DNA of 64,000 bases, taken from Eledone cirrhosa (taxonomy: Eukaryota). Positions within the stretch are counted from its first letter, which is position 1. Each line of letters begins with the position of its first letter. The position numbers and the translations under genes are program-made. Positions 1-14,236 of the stretch are shown here, piece after piece. The notes beneath the pieces are model-generated. The model saw only the letters and a list, made by a program, of their open reading frames with translations. It searched no databases and had not been told where the DNA came from. Location: contig OZ024745.1 of NCBI GenBank assembly GCA_964016885.1, positions 55,614,001 to 55,678,000 on the forward strand, read 5' to 3'.

Positions 1-16
1 GCTGCTACTACTACTG

Positions 17-83
<67 letters not shown>
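1..83. repeat. (TAC)n trinucleotide microsatellite
   Basis: Direct reading: near-pure tac repeats with a few tgc variants. Confidence 0.95.
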
Positions 84-84
<1 letters not shown>

Positions 85-447
85 GATACTACTAATTTAC
101 TACTTATATATACCTTGTCATTCTGACGTTGGGAAGTACATAATACTTACACACACATAAGCACACAAACACATACGCACATATTCATATATAATCTTTG
201 AAATATATGGAATACTATATAGGCATCTATATCTCGAATACTATAAGTTATAATTTGTAGATTTTAATTTTTCTAAAATTATATTTAGGTATAAATATTT
301 ACAGTATATGAAATGTTAGCATTGCAAGCAAAAACACACACACATATATATAAGTTTATCCCGGGTTCAATCCCGGGTAACCACAGTATATTAAGGTACT
401 CAATACTTACCAGGGTATAAATATGGCTTCTAAAGGACTAGAATCAA

Positions 448-493
448 GGCTTCCTGATGATTTCCCCCGAAGGAAACAGTGCTTGTCGAAGCC
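448..493 (+). ncRNA. Type I hammerhead ribozyme, compact form
   Basis: GGCTTC-CTGATGA-TTTC(CCCC)GAAG-GAAA-CAG(TGC)TTG-TC-GAAGCC: 6-bp stem I, intact CUGAUGA and GAAA core, 4-bp stem II, 4-bp stem III, GUC cleavage triplet at 485-487. Confidence 0.8.
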
Positions 494-544
494 ATTTCTA
501 TAATATATATATATATATATACATCTGTGTGTGTGTGTGTGTCT

Positions 545-960
545 GATGGTGGCTAAAATGCTTCCATAGGCGGTGTGCTGGTTGAGCACTCTATGCTCTT
601 ACAGAGCAGAGTATGATATAATCGAAAACGAAAAATCAATGATGCATCTGAACTCAATTTATTGTGTTACAATTGTTTCGCCGGTGGACAGCTCGAGACG
701 TGATCATTATGTGGATCTGTCTGATTCTGGACCCGCAGGTTCGACGGACACGTCTAATGATTTCGGAGCATATTCTCTCACTGGGGTGTCTGACCCTCTG
801 GGCCAGTACCGTCAAAAACTTCATCCTATTCGTGTGTCCTGTGATTGGCCGCTGGTTGTCTACGTCATCATAATTCTGACCACAGGTACCAGTCCGCTGA
901 CCATCAGGGCGTTGTCTGTCCCATGTCTGCTACACTTCAATAAATTATTACTGCTGTGTT
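545..960 (-). mobile_element. Probable decayed LINE (RTE-like) 3' remnant
   Basis: GC-elevated island between microsatellites that ends in a (CA)n tail on the minus strand. Manual translation gives only a loose match to RTE C-termini. Confidence 0.3.
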
Positions 961-1255
961 TGGTAGTTTCCACATCTACGCGCGCACTCACAGACACATA
1001 CACACACATACACACACACACACACATACATACACACACACAGACACACATACCCACACACACACACATACACACACACATATAATCACATAGATAACGA
1101 CAGTCGTACGCATAGACTCCCGCTATACACACACATTTAAAGAGAACATATAAACATATAAATATACGCATCCAGAGAGGCACGTACAGACACAGACACA
1201 TGCCCACATGCCTATATACATCAACATACACACACACATGTGTGCATACAAAGAG

Positions 1256-1445
<190 letters not shown>

Positions 1446-1664
1446 TATATCTGACTGAATATGCACGTGCGTTCTTTTTATCAGATTTTTCCGTGTTTTC
1501 CTTTTACCTCTCTTCAATTTCATCTATTATTTTTCATTATAAGATCTGAATTCGGACTATTGTCCGAAACGTTCATACTCTTTTCCTATTATGCGTTCCG
1601 TTAAACTAATATATTTCTTCAATGTATTGTGACTTTGCTTTGTTATACGACTTACACCCCCCCC

Positions 1665-1699
<35 letters not shown>

Positions 1700-1744
1700 G
1701 TGTATATATGTATGTATATATATGTTCTTCTTTTTGCTAAATAT

Positions 1745-2029
1745 CATCTTGGTTAAGAGAGTGGGACTGGCTTTGTGCAGTGCCTTTGCTCACTATAGAA
1801 GATTCACGGCACAGGTATTGCTTTATATCTGGAGATCTCTCTGCACTTGTCGTCACATCGTACCATGGGCCCAGCACTATGTGTCAGTAATCGTCACAAG
1901 TGTAGTGTTTGTACCAGAGTTTTCAAGTCGCTGGCTGGACTAGAAAGTCACACTCGTTCAGCGCATCGGTAGGGGTTCTCCGACATGGATATAAAGTAGT
2001 GGCTGTACTCGAAAACGAGTTGGCAGCCT

Positions 2030-2031
<2 letters not shown>
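1745..2031 (+). mobile_element. RTE-type LINE 3' end remnant with terminal C2H2 zinc finger
   Basis: 1901-1972 translates CSVCTRVFKSLAGLESHTRSAHR*, similar to the last finger of the RTE at 48.2 kb (CRLCARHFRSLAGLKSHIRS). A short 3' UTR and a (TA)n tail follow. Confidence 0.65.
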
Positions 2032-2072
<41 letters not shown>

Positions 2073-2340
2073 GAGAAAGGCGAGAGGAGAAGGAGAACGC
2101 AACGAATTAATATATTTCGCAAAATTTATATAGCTGATATGTGTTGTGCTCTCCTCATTATGCATGAAAATAAAATATATCGTTGCGTATCTCTACCGCT
2201 TTCTTTCTCTTATTATATACTCTTATTATACTTTCAGACACATACGCACACACTGAATGTACTCACAGAATTTAGAGAGATGCGCATATATATATAACCT
2301 ATGTACGTGTGTGTATATGTATATATATATATATATATAT

Positions 2341-2523
2341 ATTGTTTCTACATTTGGCACAGGGCCAGCAATTACTAGTACATGACTGGTACTTTATTTT
2401 ATCGACCCCGTAAGGATGAAACGCAAAGTTAACCTCGACGGGATTTGAACTCAGACCGTAAAAGGACGTAACTATGCTAGAAAGTATGGCGTCCGACTCA
2501 CTACCGATACTGCCAATTCACCG
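2341..2523 (-). mobile_element. tRNA-derived SINE, family A
   Basis: Reverse complement shows A-box-like TGGCAGTATCGGT, B-box GAGTTCAAATCC and core TTTCATCCTTACGGGGTCGATAAAATAAAGTACCAG. Matches five other copies in the window. Confidence 0.9.
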
Positions 2524-2635
2524 ACATATATATATATAATATTAATAAATATTAATAAAAGTATGTGTTCTTACATGTAACAAATACATATAGGGATGCA
2601 AGTATTGTCCAACCGTATGCCAGTGTGTTTATATA

Positions 2636-2741
<106 letters not shown>

Positions 2742-2814
2742 TATAAAGGACGTAAAATAAGAAAATATTTTTTAAAAAAAATTTTAAAAAATTTTTTTAC
2801 TTACTTAAATTTTC

Positions 2815-2896
2815 ACTCCAACTAATTAGTTTCTGCAATGGGATAAAGACAGTTACGTAATCCAACTGTCGAGAATTCATTGCGTCATCAGGGAGT
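2815..2896 (-). ncRNA. Type I hammerhead motif, array copy 1
   Basis: Reverse complement: ACTCC-CTGATGA-CGCAATG...CATTGCA-GAAA-CTAATTAG-TT-GGAGT. Confidence 0.7.
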
Positions 2897-3371
2897 CTAT
2901 TCTCAGTTAAGTCTCCAGGCAATGCGCGGACACTGGCGGCTCATATAAAAATAATAATAATTCGGTAGATCGAACAGCTTGCGAGGACTGGATTCTATGT
3001 ACCGAAATTCTCACTGCTTCAAGTCAAATGGCCGATTCTAAAGAATCAATCACGTGACACAGAGGCTAGTTAGAAGGAATGGGATGGTAAGATGACTGAC
3101 GCCTACTAACACCCCAAAAAAAATTTTTTTAGAAGTGGTTTTGACAAGTTTGCTCGACAAATCAGTGATTTGGAGATAAATATAGATAATTTAATATATC
3201 AACTAACATAAGCGCACAGATGCACGCCCATGCCAGCACATACACAGGTTATGTCATAGTACCTAGGTGGTTCAATGCAGGAGAATGCAGAACAATAATA
3301 TAAAGGACGTAAAATAAGAAAATATTTTTTAAAAAAAATTTTAAAAAATTTTTTTACTTACTTAAATTTTC

Positions 3372-3453
3372 ACTCCAACTAATTAGTTTCTGCAATGGGA
3401 TAAAGACAGTTACGTAATCCAACTGTCGAGAATTCATTGCGTCATCAGGGAGT
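3372..3453 (-). ncRNA. Type I hammerhead motif, array copy 2
   Basis: Same motif as 2815-2896, 557 bp away. Confidence 0.7.
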
Positions 3454-4061
3454 CTATTCTCAGTTAAGTCTCCAGGCAATGCGCGGACACTGGCGGCTCA
3501 TATAAAAATAATAATAATTCGGTAGATCGAACAGCTTGCGAGGACTGGATTCTATGTACCGAAATTCTCACTGCTTCAAGTCAAATGGCCGATTCTAAAG
3601 AATCAATCACGTGACACAGAGGCTAGTTAGAAGGAATGGGATGGTAAGATGACTGACGCCTATTAACACCCCAAAAAAAATTTTTTTAGAAGTGGTTTTG
3701 ACAAGTTTGCTCGACAAATCAGTGATTTGGAGATAAATATAGATAATTTAATATATCAACTAACATAAGCGCACAGATGCACGCCCATGCCAGCAAATAC
3801 ACAGGTTATGTCATAGTACCTAGGTGGTTCAATGTAGGAGAATGCAGAACAATAATATAAAGGACGTAAAATAAGAAAATATTTTTTAAAAAAAATTTTA
3901 AAAAATTTTTTTACTTACTTAAATTTTCACTCCAACTAATTAGTTTCTGCAATGGGATAAAGACAGTTACGTAATCCAAGCTGTTCGATCTACCGAATTA
4001 TTATTATTTTTATATGAGCCGCCAGTGTCCGCGCATTGCCTGGAGACTTAACTGAGAATAG

Positions 4062-4143
4062 ACTCCCTGATGACGCAATGAATTCTCGACAGTTGGATTA
4101 CGTAACTGTCGTTATCCCATTGCAGAAACTAATTAGTTGGAGT
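4062..4143 (+). ncRNA. Type I hammerhead motif, inverted-arm copy
   Basis: ACTCC 4062-4066, CTGATGA 4067-4073, long stem II, GAAA 4125-4128, palindromic CTAATTAG 4129-4136, TT, GGAGT 4139-4143. Confidence 0.7.
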
Positions 4144-4618
4144 GAAAATTTAAGTAAGTAAAAAAATTTTTTAAAATTTTTTTTTAAAAATATTTTCTTA
4201 TTTTACGTCCTTTATATTATTGTTCTGCATTCTCCTGCATTGAACCACCTAGGTACTATGACATAACCTGTGTATTTGCTGGCACGGGCGTGCATCTGTG
4301 CGCTTATGTTAGTTGATATATTAAATTATCTATATTTATCTCCAAATCACTGATTTGTCGAGCAAACTTGTCAAAACCACTTCTAAAAAAATTTTTTTTG
4401 GGGTGTTAGTAGGCGTCAGTCATCTTACCATCCCATTCCTTCTAACTAGCCTCTGTGTCACGTGATTGATTCTTTAGAATCGGCCATTTGACTTGAAGCA
4501 GTGAGAATTTCGGTACATAGAATCCAGTCCTCGCAAGCTGTTCGATCTACCGAATTATTATTATTTTTATATGAGCCGCCAGTGTCCGCGCATTGCCTGG
4601 AGACTTAACTGAGAATAG

Positions 4619-4700
4619 ACTCCCTAATGACGCAATGAATTCTCGACAGTTGGATTACGTAACTGTCTTTATCCCATTGCAGAAACTAATTAGCTGGAGT
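4619..4700 (+). ncRNA. Hammerhead copy with mutated core (probably inactive)
   Basis: CTAATGA instead of CTGATGA, and GCT instead of GTT at the cleavage triplet. Confidence 0.6.
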
Positions 4701-4887
4701 GAAAATTTAAGTAAGTAAAACAATTTTTTAAAATTTTTTTTAAAAAATATTTTCTTATTTTACGTCCTTTATATTATTGTTCTGCATTCTCCTGCATTGA
4801 ACCACCTAGGTACTATGACATAACCTGTGTATTTGCTGGCATGGGCGTGCATCTGTGCGCTTATGTTAGTTGATATATTAAATTATC

Positions 4888-5025
<138 letters not shown>

Positions 5026-5026
5026 C

Positions 5027-5080
<54 letters not shown>

Positions 5081-5102
5081 GGATTTGTGTGCGCGCGCGT
5101 GA

Positions 5103-5168
<66 letters not shown>

Positions 5169-5750
5169 CACACGCACGACTTACGTATAATGTCTTACGA
5201 TCAAAAGACGCGATAAACAATTATTAAATATAATTATTCAATTAACTTAGTAGCTAATATCAGAAAACATATTAATTATAATTATTCTGCTATAAAATGC
5301 TATCAAGAATTTTAAAAACATAATATCGCCATATAAGGATCGCATAACTATGTAATCCATTAAATGAAACAGAAAAAAGAAATAAAATTTAGGTATCGAT
5401 AAATAAAAATACATGTGCCCTGAAGAAAGAGTATATTCATAAAATGCAATATGTGTATATATGTTTAAATATTATTTATCTATTTAATTAATTATGTATT
5501 CCTGTTTATTTTTCTTACTTTCTCTTTCGCCCTCTGCCTCTCTTTGTGGTGGGATACATAATGAAGATGTGTGTTTGTGCATGTGTTTGTGTACGTGTGA
5601 GTCTATGTGTATGTATGTCGGCGCAGTTGGGTAGATATACGGAATCGGTGGACAATTCGTTGAATGAAATTATGGCAATTCCACCGTAATTGAAGAAAAA
5701 TATTTAAAGAGACCAGGGAAAATTTCGACAGAAAATCTTAAAATAAAAAT

Positions 5751-5935
5751 AATTGTTTCTACTTTAGGCACAAGGCCAGCAATTACCTAGTACAATACTG
5801 GTACTTTATTTCATCGACCCCGTAAGGATGAAATGCAAAGTTAACCTCGGCGGGATTTGAACTCGGAGTGGCAAGGGCCGTAACTCTATGCGTCAAAGCA
5901 TGGCGTCTGACCCTCTACCGATACTGCCAATCCAC
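5751..5935 (-). mobile_element. tRNA-derived SINE, family A
   Basis: Same boxes and core as 2341-2523. Confidence 0.9.
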
Positions 5936-6274
5936 CAATAACGTTTGTGTATGTGTGAAGGTTTCCATGTGTGAGTCGATATGTGTGAATCGTTGTTTGT
6001 GAGTTTGTGTTTGTGCATGAAGATGTGTATCAGAGTGAGATTGAGATAATATCTATTCAATGTATGTTATATATTATTTAGACACGATGTAACTCTAAAC
6101 AATTAACAGCAAAACAGAAGAACAAATATATTTATTTCATAAGCACAAGATACCATATAAATCCAATCAATATATTATTGCTAGTGTAATGCACATAACC
6201 TTCTATAGTTATAATTCATAGAAACTAAATATGATCCATTTTCAATATATTAGTATATTTTAAAACACTTCATT

Positions 6275-6407
6275 ACTTGGTTGGGCAACTGGGGGCAGTA
6301 TCGGTTGGGTGTTGGACAACATGCTTCGTGTCCCTCAAAGAGCTACGGCCCTTTTCATTCTGAGTTCAAATCCCGCCGAGGGTTTGCCGTTCATCCTTAC
6401 GAGGTGG
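6275..6407 (+). mobile_element. SINE family A, diverged and 3'-truncated
   Basis: GGCAGTATCGGT...CTGAGTTCAAATCCCGCCGAGG..TTTGCCGTTCATCCTTACG, ending in (TA)n. Confidence 0.8.
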
Positions 6408-6424
6408 ATATATATATATATGTA

Positions 6425-6462
<38 letters not shown>

Positions 6463-6579
6463 CACAAAGAGAGGTATGTATGTGTTTGTTTGGACATTTC
6501 TCCACAACACAACGTCTAATCTCTCTCTTTCTCTCTCACGCTTTCTCTTTCTCTCTCTTTCTCTCTCACACTTTCTCTT

Positions 6580-6615
<36 letters not shown>

Positions 6616-9600
6616 ACTATATATATATATATATATATTTACATATATATATATATATATATATACATACATATATATGGAAAGGCTTAATTTTAATTAC
6701 CCGCATACATTAGATACTCGATATACTATTGAAACAAACCCAATATTTAACATATGTAGAATTTGTAAATGTGTACTACTGTTCTTTCAAACTTATTGAC
6801 GTTGGACCTGGTTTGTGTTTATTTTCTTTAATACATGTTGTTTTTATTCCTGACTTTTACTTCGTATTCATTTTTTACTTTTATTTTCACAAATATTTGC
6901 AGTCTATGCTTGATGTTTAATATCATGTACGCGTATACGTTTACATTCATTTGTTTTGTTTTTCTGGTATTCAAATTTTCTTATTCAGGCTCCTATGTCA
7001 ATATATTATTTGCGATATTACTATGCATGTTATTAATTATATTCTTGTCTTTTTGTAAATTGTTTGTCGTTGCTGAGTTAATGTAATAATTACCAGTGCC
7101 AATGTTGCGTTTATCGACACCTCATTTATGGTTTTGTACAAATTTATATTATGTTGTTGCTATTCATACCGAAGTTAATACTGATAATGCTGGTTGTGTA
7201 GATGTTATTGGCAATATCATATACGTTGTGTTTATTAGGATAGATCTAAGATAATTTTGTTTACTTGTCGATAGGTTGACCGCAAAAACATATCATATGT
7301 CAAAACATAACACCAGAGCTATATCACATAATGATAAATATAACTTGCTAATTCGGTACTTGGTGTCAACAAATACTATTCACCGAAACTGATATCATTC
7401 CAGTTTCAGATACTTCCACATGTATACATCGCTCTTTGTAAATTTTCTTGGAATGTAATATTGGGATTAAAGGCTTTTTCTAGTTTCAAATATGGAATAT
7501 GGTCCGTAAATTTGTGCTCTACACGTTAGGGTATATGATTGTTAGTTTTTCCCACAGTGAGACAAAATACATTTTTTTATTCATGGGTTTTTATAGCTGA
7601 AAATTGAAAATAATATTGTAATTCGCAGGTATTTTCATTACCACATCGATTCCTATCTATTTAATGTAATTTTAAATGGTAATTCCGTTCATCTGCATAA
7701 ACGTTCTACGAGATTACGTATAATTGATATAGTTGTGGGTATTTGTAGAGCAGGTTTATTATGAATTTCTCAAACAGTTTTTTGTAACCATAAATGTAGT
7801 TAGATTGTGTAAGATTAGTGGGGTGTCCTTTGTAATTTTAAATAGCTTAAATCGATTTTCATCAAACTAACGAGATATAGAAGGATATTTGTTTAATACA
7901 GCTAAATGACACGAGAAAACAGACATACACACATATATATGTGTATGTTTATGTGTTCGTGTATGTGAATATCCGTAGTGGGCTATGTGGATGTGTGGGA
8001 GAGGAAGAAAGAGTAGATCAGCTAGAGAATATGAATACATTAAGTACTAGTGATTACGGATCATCATGTAATTTCGTATATTATATATATATATTTTTTT
8101 TTATTAGCATATACATTTCTTTTTTCGTACCATGTTGCATTGTTGAGAGAAAGGGACAATAAATTCACTATAATATTTGACATGGGGAACTAGAGTTACG
8201 TTTATAGTAATCTTATGACTCGCAACATTTGTATCACACCGTTGTTTACCCGGATATATCGAATCAAATTCTAGCATAGTATATATGCAATCGTTGGTAG
8301 AAGTCTATGGTACATGAGAGAAGGAAATCCCACAAGTTCTTATTGATGCGATAACACCAATTTATCATTCTTCTCAATATGTATGTATAAGCTATCCAGA
8401 CTTCAAGTCTTCCAGTGATCTATGAGTTTAGCATCTATAGATATTCTAACACCCCAAAACATGTGGACAGCTCCCGGAGGGTTTCGTAATTCAAATCTGG
8501 CTTTCGTTGTCAAAACATGAGTTGGCGCTGCTGACGTGTAATTAGTTTTAAATTCATATGGTGGTGTTATTCTAGGAATGGTAAACCAACGAATTATCGC
8601 AATTTGAACCAGATACAAAACTCAGAAGCCACCTTAATAGACTCATCTCTTATCTTTGTGTTCAAGCCCAATATTTCTCATGTTATTTTCTTAATATGTT
8701 TGTTGATAAAATATCTATATGTTATGCACGGCCTTGCCGATATAGGAGGAGTTCTCATTTTCACTATCATATACTATGACATAATGCACGAAAGTGAATG
8801 CGTACATTGTTTGTGTAAACACAATTTTATGAGAAATATTCCACAAACAATATTTAAAGAATAGAAATAATAATATTTCTATCGGGGGAAAAAAAATAGA
8901 ATTATTACGTGTGAAATTCATTTTTAAAATGTTGTAATGGAAGTTACTCAAAATTATATACACGACATTATGCACAACATTTCTAAACCTTTTACAATGT
9001 TTTTATCTTCGTAGATGTTTTGAGACAGTTTGCAATATATAAATTCATGCGAAGAAATTTACCTTGTTCGACGACATTTGATTAAACAGGCACATCCTAT
9101 GGATTCTACCCATTATATGAATGCATTTTGTATCTTCAATTTACGGGACCAAAAGTGTTGATGAAAAGATAGTTCCATCTATGTGACATATACCAAATCA
9201 GTGGTTATACCTCAATAATCCTACTAGAAATGAATATGACGGAGTGTTGCTACCAAATAAAACAATTTATGTTTTACTACAATTGTAGTAAAACTAACTA
9301 AACATGGATTCCCGAGGACTATCACTTCACTCCAAAGTGTTAGTCGATTTTACAAACTAAATGTTACTTTTTCCAATAGATCTGACCTACGTTTCATATC
9401 TTCGATACGGGTAGAACAATGATTGGAGAAAATGTATTGCTCTTTCTGAAGAGATAATGATGCAAATTAGGCTATTTACATGATGCTAACTGCGTAATGT
9501 CGACTCCTTCTTTAAATAGGAAATTGGGATTCAGAAATCCTTCTCTCATTAAATATCTTGAACATATCAGAAAAAAATGAGGGTAAAATGTTTTTAAATT

Positions 9601-10909
9601 ATATATATCATTGATTGTTTAAGGTTTGTTCATTGACTTGCAATTGTAACCTCAGTCGAAAATAAATTCATTCTGTTTATATGCACAGTTGATGAAAAAC
9701 ATATTAAACTTCCCAAAGAAGGATGAAATTAAATAAATCAAATGATTTAGTACATTCTAAATATGTAAATATGATATACAATTAAATCCTAAAATAATTC
9801 ATTTCCAGAAGTATTGAATGTAATTGCAATACACCATACGGTGGTCTATTTTCTGTACAATCTCATATAGGGAACTGCTAGTAATAAATCGACAATAAAC
9901 GTATATTTTCATCTCACTTGTAATCTGTATTTACATATACTCTTTTGATCATTGGTGAATTTATTTTCGATGTAAAACAAAGTCAACAAAAATTCAAATA
10001 GCAAATTCTGCTAAGGTTTAATAATAACGACCGACAACACCTCGGCAACTTCGACAAAAACAAATAACAGGAAATTTCCTCTATTATTAATGGAAATAGA
10101 CAAATACAAAATCATTAAAATCTGAAAAAGAACGCTTTTTTATATAAATATAAAATTTGCAATAAAACGTGATCAGTTGAATACCTTTCCAGAAAAAATA
10201 ACATCTATTCACTACACGTTACAAGCGCCCCAAAATATATATAACTTTCAAAGGTGAATGGAATTAACTTAGGTGAATAAAAAAAAAAAAAAATTGAAAT
10301 CGGCTTTTACATTTGAGTAGCTCGAAAGGAAGAAAATATTTAGCAATTTTAATGCAAATAAAGACGATAATTTTTCTTGTTATGTATACAAAAATTTGAA
10401 AGATGCCAGATGGCTGAACAAATATTATTTTAAACAAAATACCGTTTACAGTTAGAGTTTTGAATTATGACAGTAGTTACAGGTGCAATGTCTCCATAAT
10501 AGTAGTATAATATTTTTTCCTGTCTCACAAAAGACACAACCACATATACAAGTATATACCAACATATATTTTACAATAAATGTTTTAAAACTTTCAAAAT
10601 ACATATTTGTTATCTTACATTAAATATGATTTGTCCTACTCTTAAATTATCGAATATACATGGATGATGATGATGATTATCATGATGATGACTATGACTA
10701 TGACGATGATAATGATGATAACAATGATAATGAAGTTAGTGAGGAGGATGATGATAATGATATGCAGACTGCAATAAAAAATGAATTGCTACACAGAATT
10801 CTCAAAATAAATTAAATATTTACTAAGCTGAAATAAGAATGCGTGTTAAACAACAATGGGTATACATTAACAATATGGTGGAATATGAAGTAAAGGGATA
10901 TAAATATGG

Positions 10910-10953
<44 letters not shown>

Positions 10954-11083
10954 TATATATATATAATTCATTACTTTATGTTATTACATAGAAGAAAATA
11001 TAATAGATCAGCTCTGATCACGAGTTAGCACTGTTTTCTTTTTCCGTTTTCACATATACGTACATTGTTATACACCTCCACCC

Positions 11084-11187
<104 letters not shown>

Positions 11188-14122
11188 GTATCTATAAAAC
11201 ATTTTAGGAAACATCAAGCAGATGTAATTTATCTCAATTGGGTGTAACGACAGATATTTAACAGAAGCAAGCTGTGGTAATTTGAACAGGATATGGTGTA
11301 CCAAATTAAGAAATACGCATGAATAGCTGACTTTTTCTGATATTTGTTTAGATGATAAATAAAAGCAACATATGTAACCTGTATACAACGATTATATATT
11401 TCTAGATACCTAACATGTGACAGAAATGTCGAAAAAGAGCGTTTTAAAACGATTTATAACAATATTGCAGAGAATATTGATGCACAAGAAATACAACCGT
11501 GTATATTTACGCATACAATGGACAATAAATATTTACTAAACGTTGAAAACATTTTAACAATTGTTGATATGAAACGGATAATAATAGAACGTGATAGCAA
11601 AATAAATATGGATATAGTTATGTGATACTTGTTAAAATATGAAATAAATTCGTGCAATAATAAACACGCGCAAAAGCATAAACACTTACAAACTCATTCA
11701 CTCACATACAAGCATACAGACATATATGTGTATGTGTACGTGCGTGCGTCTCTCTCCCTCTCTCTCTTTCTCTCTCTCTCTATCTCTATCTCTTTCTCTC
11801 TCTCTCTCTTTCTCTCTATCTATCTATCTATCTCTCTCTGTTTGTGCAAATATGTATTCCAATTGCTTTAACTTGAACGTACGCAAATATATATCTATCA
11901 ATTCTATCCACAAATTCAAGAAACTGCAATCCACACTTCCACATTCAACTCCATTCCCGAACTGTAAACGTTACAAAACAGAATTAAAGTTAAACATGTT
12001 CTTTTACATCATGCTGCAATTCTCATGGCAAACCATAACCATCATGGACATATTATTCACTGGCCCTGGCCGTAATCAAGTTGCCGATTTCGTATCATAT
12101 TTTCACAATTACTATGTAATAACTAAATCCCTATTGCATAATTAACATTGCACCCGCTTATAACAGGCAAGCAAAAGAAACACTCTCCGGCTATAAGCCA
12201 ACTTATGATTGACCCGATAAGAGACCAACGAAGTAAACTAAAAGTTGTATAACCTGAATACAACCGGGAATCGTTCAACCATCCACAAAAGCAATATACT
12301 TGTATATATATATATATATATATATATATGCGTGTGTGTGTGTATTTATTAACGTACATTAATGTAGGACATGACAAATGTTTAATTAATTTTCTTAATT
12401 TTTTTCCCGTTGGAGACCATCACATTGAGTTATATTAAAGTGTTGTAATTTATTCATATGCTTGTTTCATAAATTATACTAGTTTGAAATGCATTATAAT
12501 TGAAATATGGATCGCTACTAAAGAAAGAAATTTTAGTAATAAAATTGTTAATTAAACAAAAACTGCGTAGAAAATATTTAATTATCGGATCGTTCAAACA
12601 GCTCGAATTAGAGTGCTATCTAGTGATGTTCGATTTTAGTAAAGTGAGAAAATCAAATTTCGTAAAATGAAATCAATTCGTGATCTAATTACAATATTAA
12701 TTGCGAGGATTACTATTTAAAATTTTATTTGCTTAAAAAAACTCTTACCCTAGATTTGACAATTACCTTACGTAACAGTATTTCAGTAACATTAAAAAAA
12801 CATATATTGAATAGTTTTTCTCATGTTTTCGCAATTCTTTATTGATTATTTCAAACAACTTGACATCAAGGCGAAACTATTAAGTTATGACAAACTGCGT
12901 CTATCTACTTAGAAAACGTTACCTCTTATCCTAATTGGAAGCTAAAATCAGTTTTTCCTCAAAAATTATGAACCAAGTGTTTTGATGCTCAGATTATTTG
13001 TGTAGCATACGAATATTTATATGAAGACAACAATAGAATATATATGTTTTGAGAATTCATTGTATTTGCTGAAAAATGTGGTGTCTAGTTATTGTTAAGA
13101 TGTCCAATATATCGCTTTGTATCATTTATAAATTCAGTGTTAAGATTTTAGAACTTGCATACCATAAAATATCATTACCTCTCTATTGCTGCAATATTAG
13201 TAATTTTACGAGGCAACCGCATTCCTTTTGCTGAAAGGTTTATGGAATACATTTTCGAATTCTCTCTTATCTCTTACACAAGGCTATAAAACTGCCTAAG
13301 CAACAAGAAAATAACTAATACGTCCATTGAAGAAAGAATATATGCGTGTACATATCCATTCCCTGCATCAATTGTGTTACCTTGCTAATATAAAAACCAT
13401 CGCACCAGTATATACTCAAAAGCATCATGTCTCTTACATGGAATGAATATGTAGCTATATTTCTTTTCAATATGACACATATCTCAGTTCATTGATCGGA
13501 AATCTCAACACAAACAAAATGTAACAGAAAAAAAGATTTCAATATCTCGATTTATTGTGAAAGCATATATACAAAGAGACAAAGACTCATAAATATATAT
13601 ATAAATATATGTATATATAAATAGAGAAAGGGAGTGAGTGGGTGAGCGATATATTTAAATAGTTAGAAATAAAAACATATAGATAGAAATGTAGAGATGT
13701 AGATAGATAGAAATAGATAGATTTTGTTTTCGGTGATTGTGTATTAACGTCGTTGTTTTGATATTTTTTAAATAAAACTACTGGTTCAAACTGTATATTA
13801 TATTGAATTGGTGGGGCATAGTTATTCAGGATTGCCGTATTTATTTTTAGTTAATTATCTTTATGATTTAGATTTGAATTTCCTCGATAAACGATTCATA
13901 TTCATATAGACAAACGGATTCTTATTCATATAGACACATCTGACTACATGGTGAGCTAAGGTACATGCATGCATCATACTTCCATAAATACATATAAGCA
14001 TACATGCATGTAAACATAATACATCCATGCATATACACATGCACATTTATATACATACATACACCCATACAATCATACATACTCACACACACATACACAC
14101 ACACGCACATATCTATATGTGC

Positions 14123-14123
<1 letters not shown>

Positions 14124-14208
<85 letters not shown>

Positions 14209-14236
14209 GTGTGTGTGTGTGTGTCTGTGTCTGTGT
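14124..14236. repeat. (TG)n microsatellite, one example of many (TA)n/(TG)n/(CT)n/(CATA)n tracts
   Basis: Direct reading. Other long tracts include (TA)n at 2630-2740, 4888-5080, 11088-11175, 23859-24028, 34214-34340 and 44151-44233, (GAA)n at 35584-35692, (TAC)n/(TAA)n at 38550-38646 and (CATA)n at 59202-59288. Confidence 0.95.

Noticed and set aside
7250-7900. Possible old Penelope GIY-YIG remnant on the minus strand (VGKTNNHIP*RVEH)
   Set aside because: A single short motif; too degraded to support.
8990-9470. Possible mariner remnant (VDEK..., WRKCIA)
   Set aside because: Only two weak motifs by eye.
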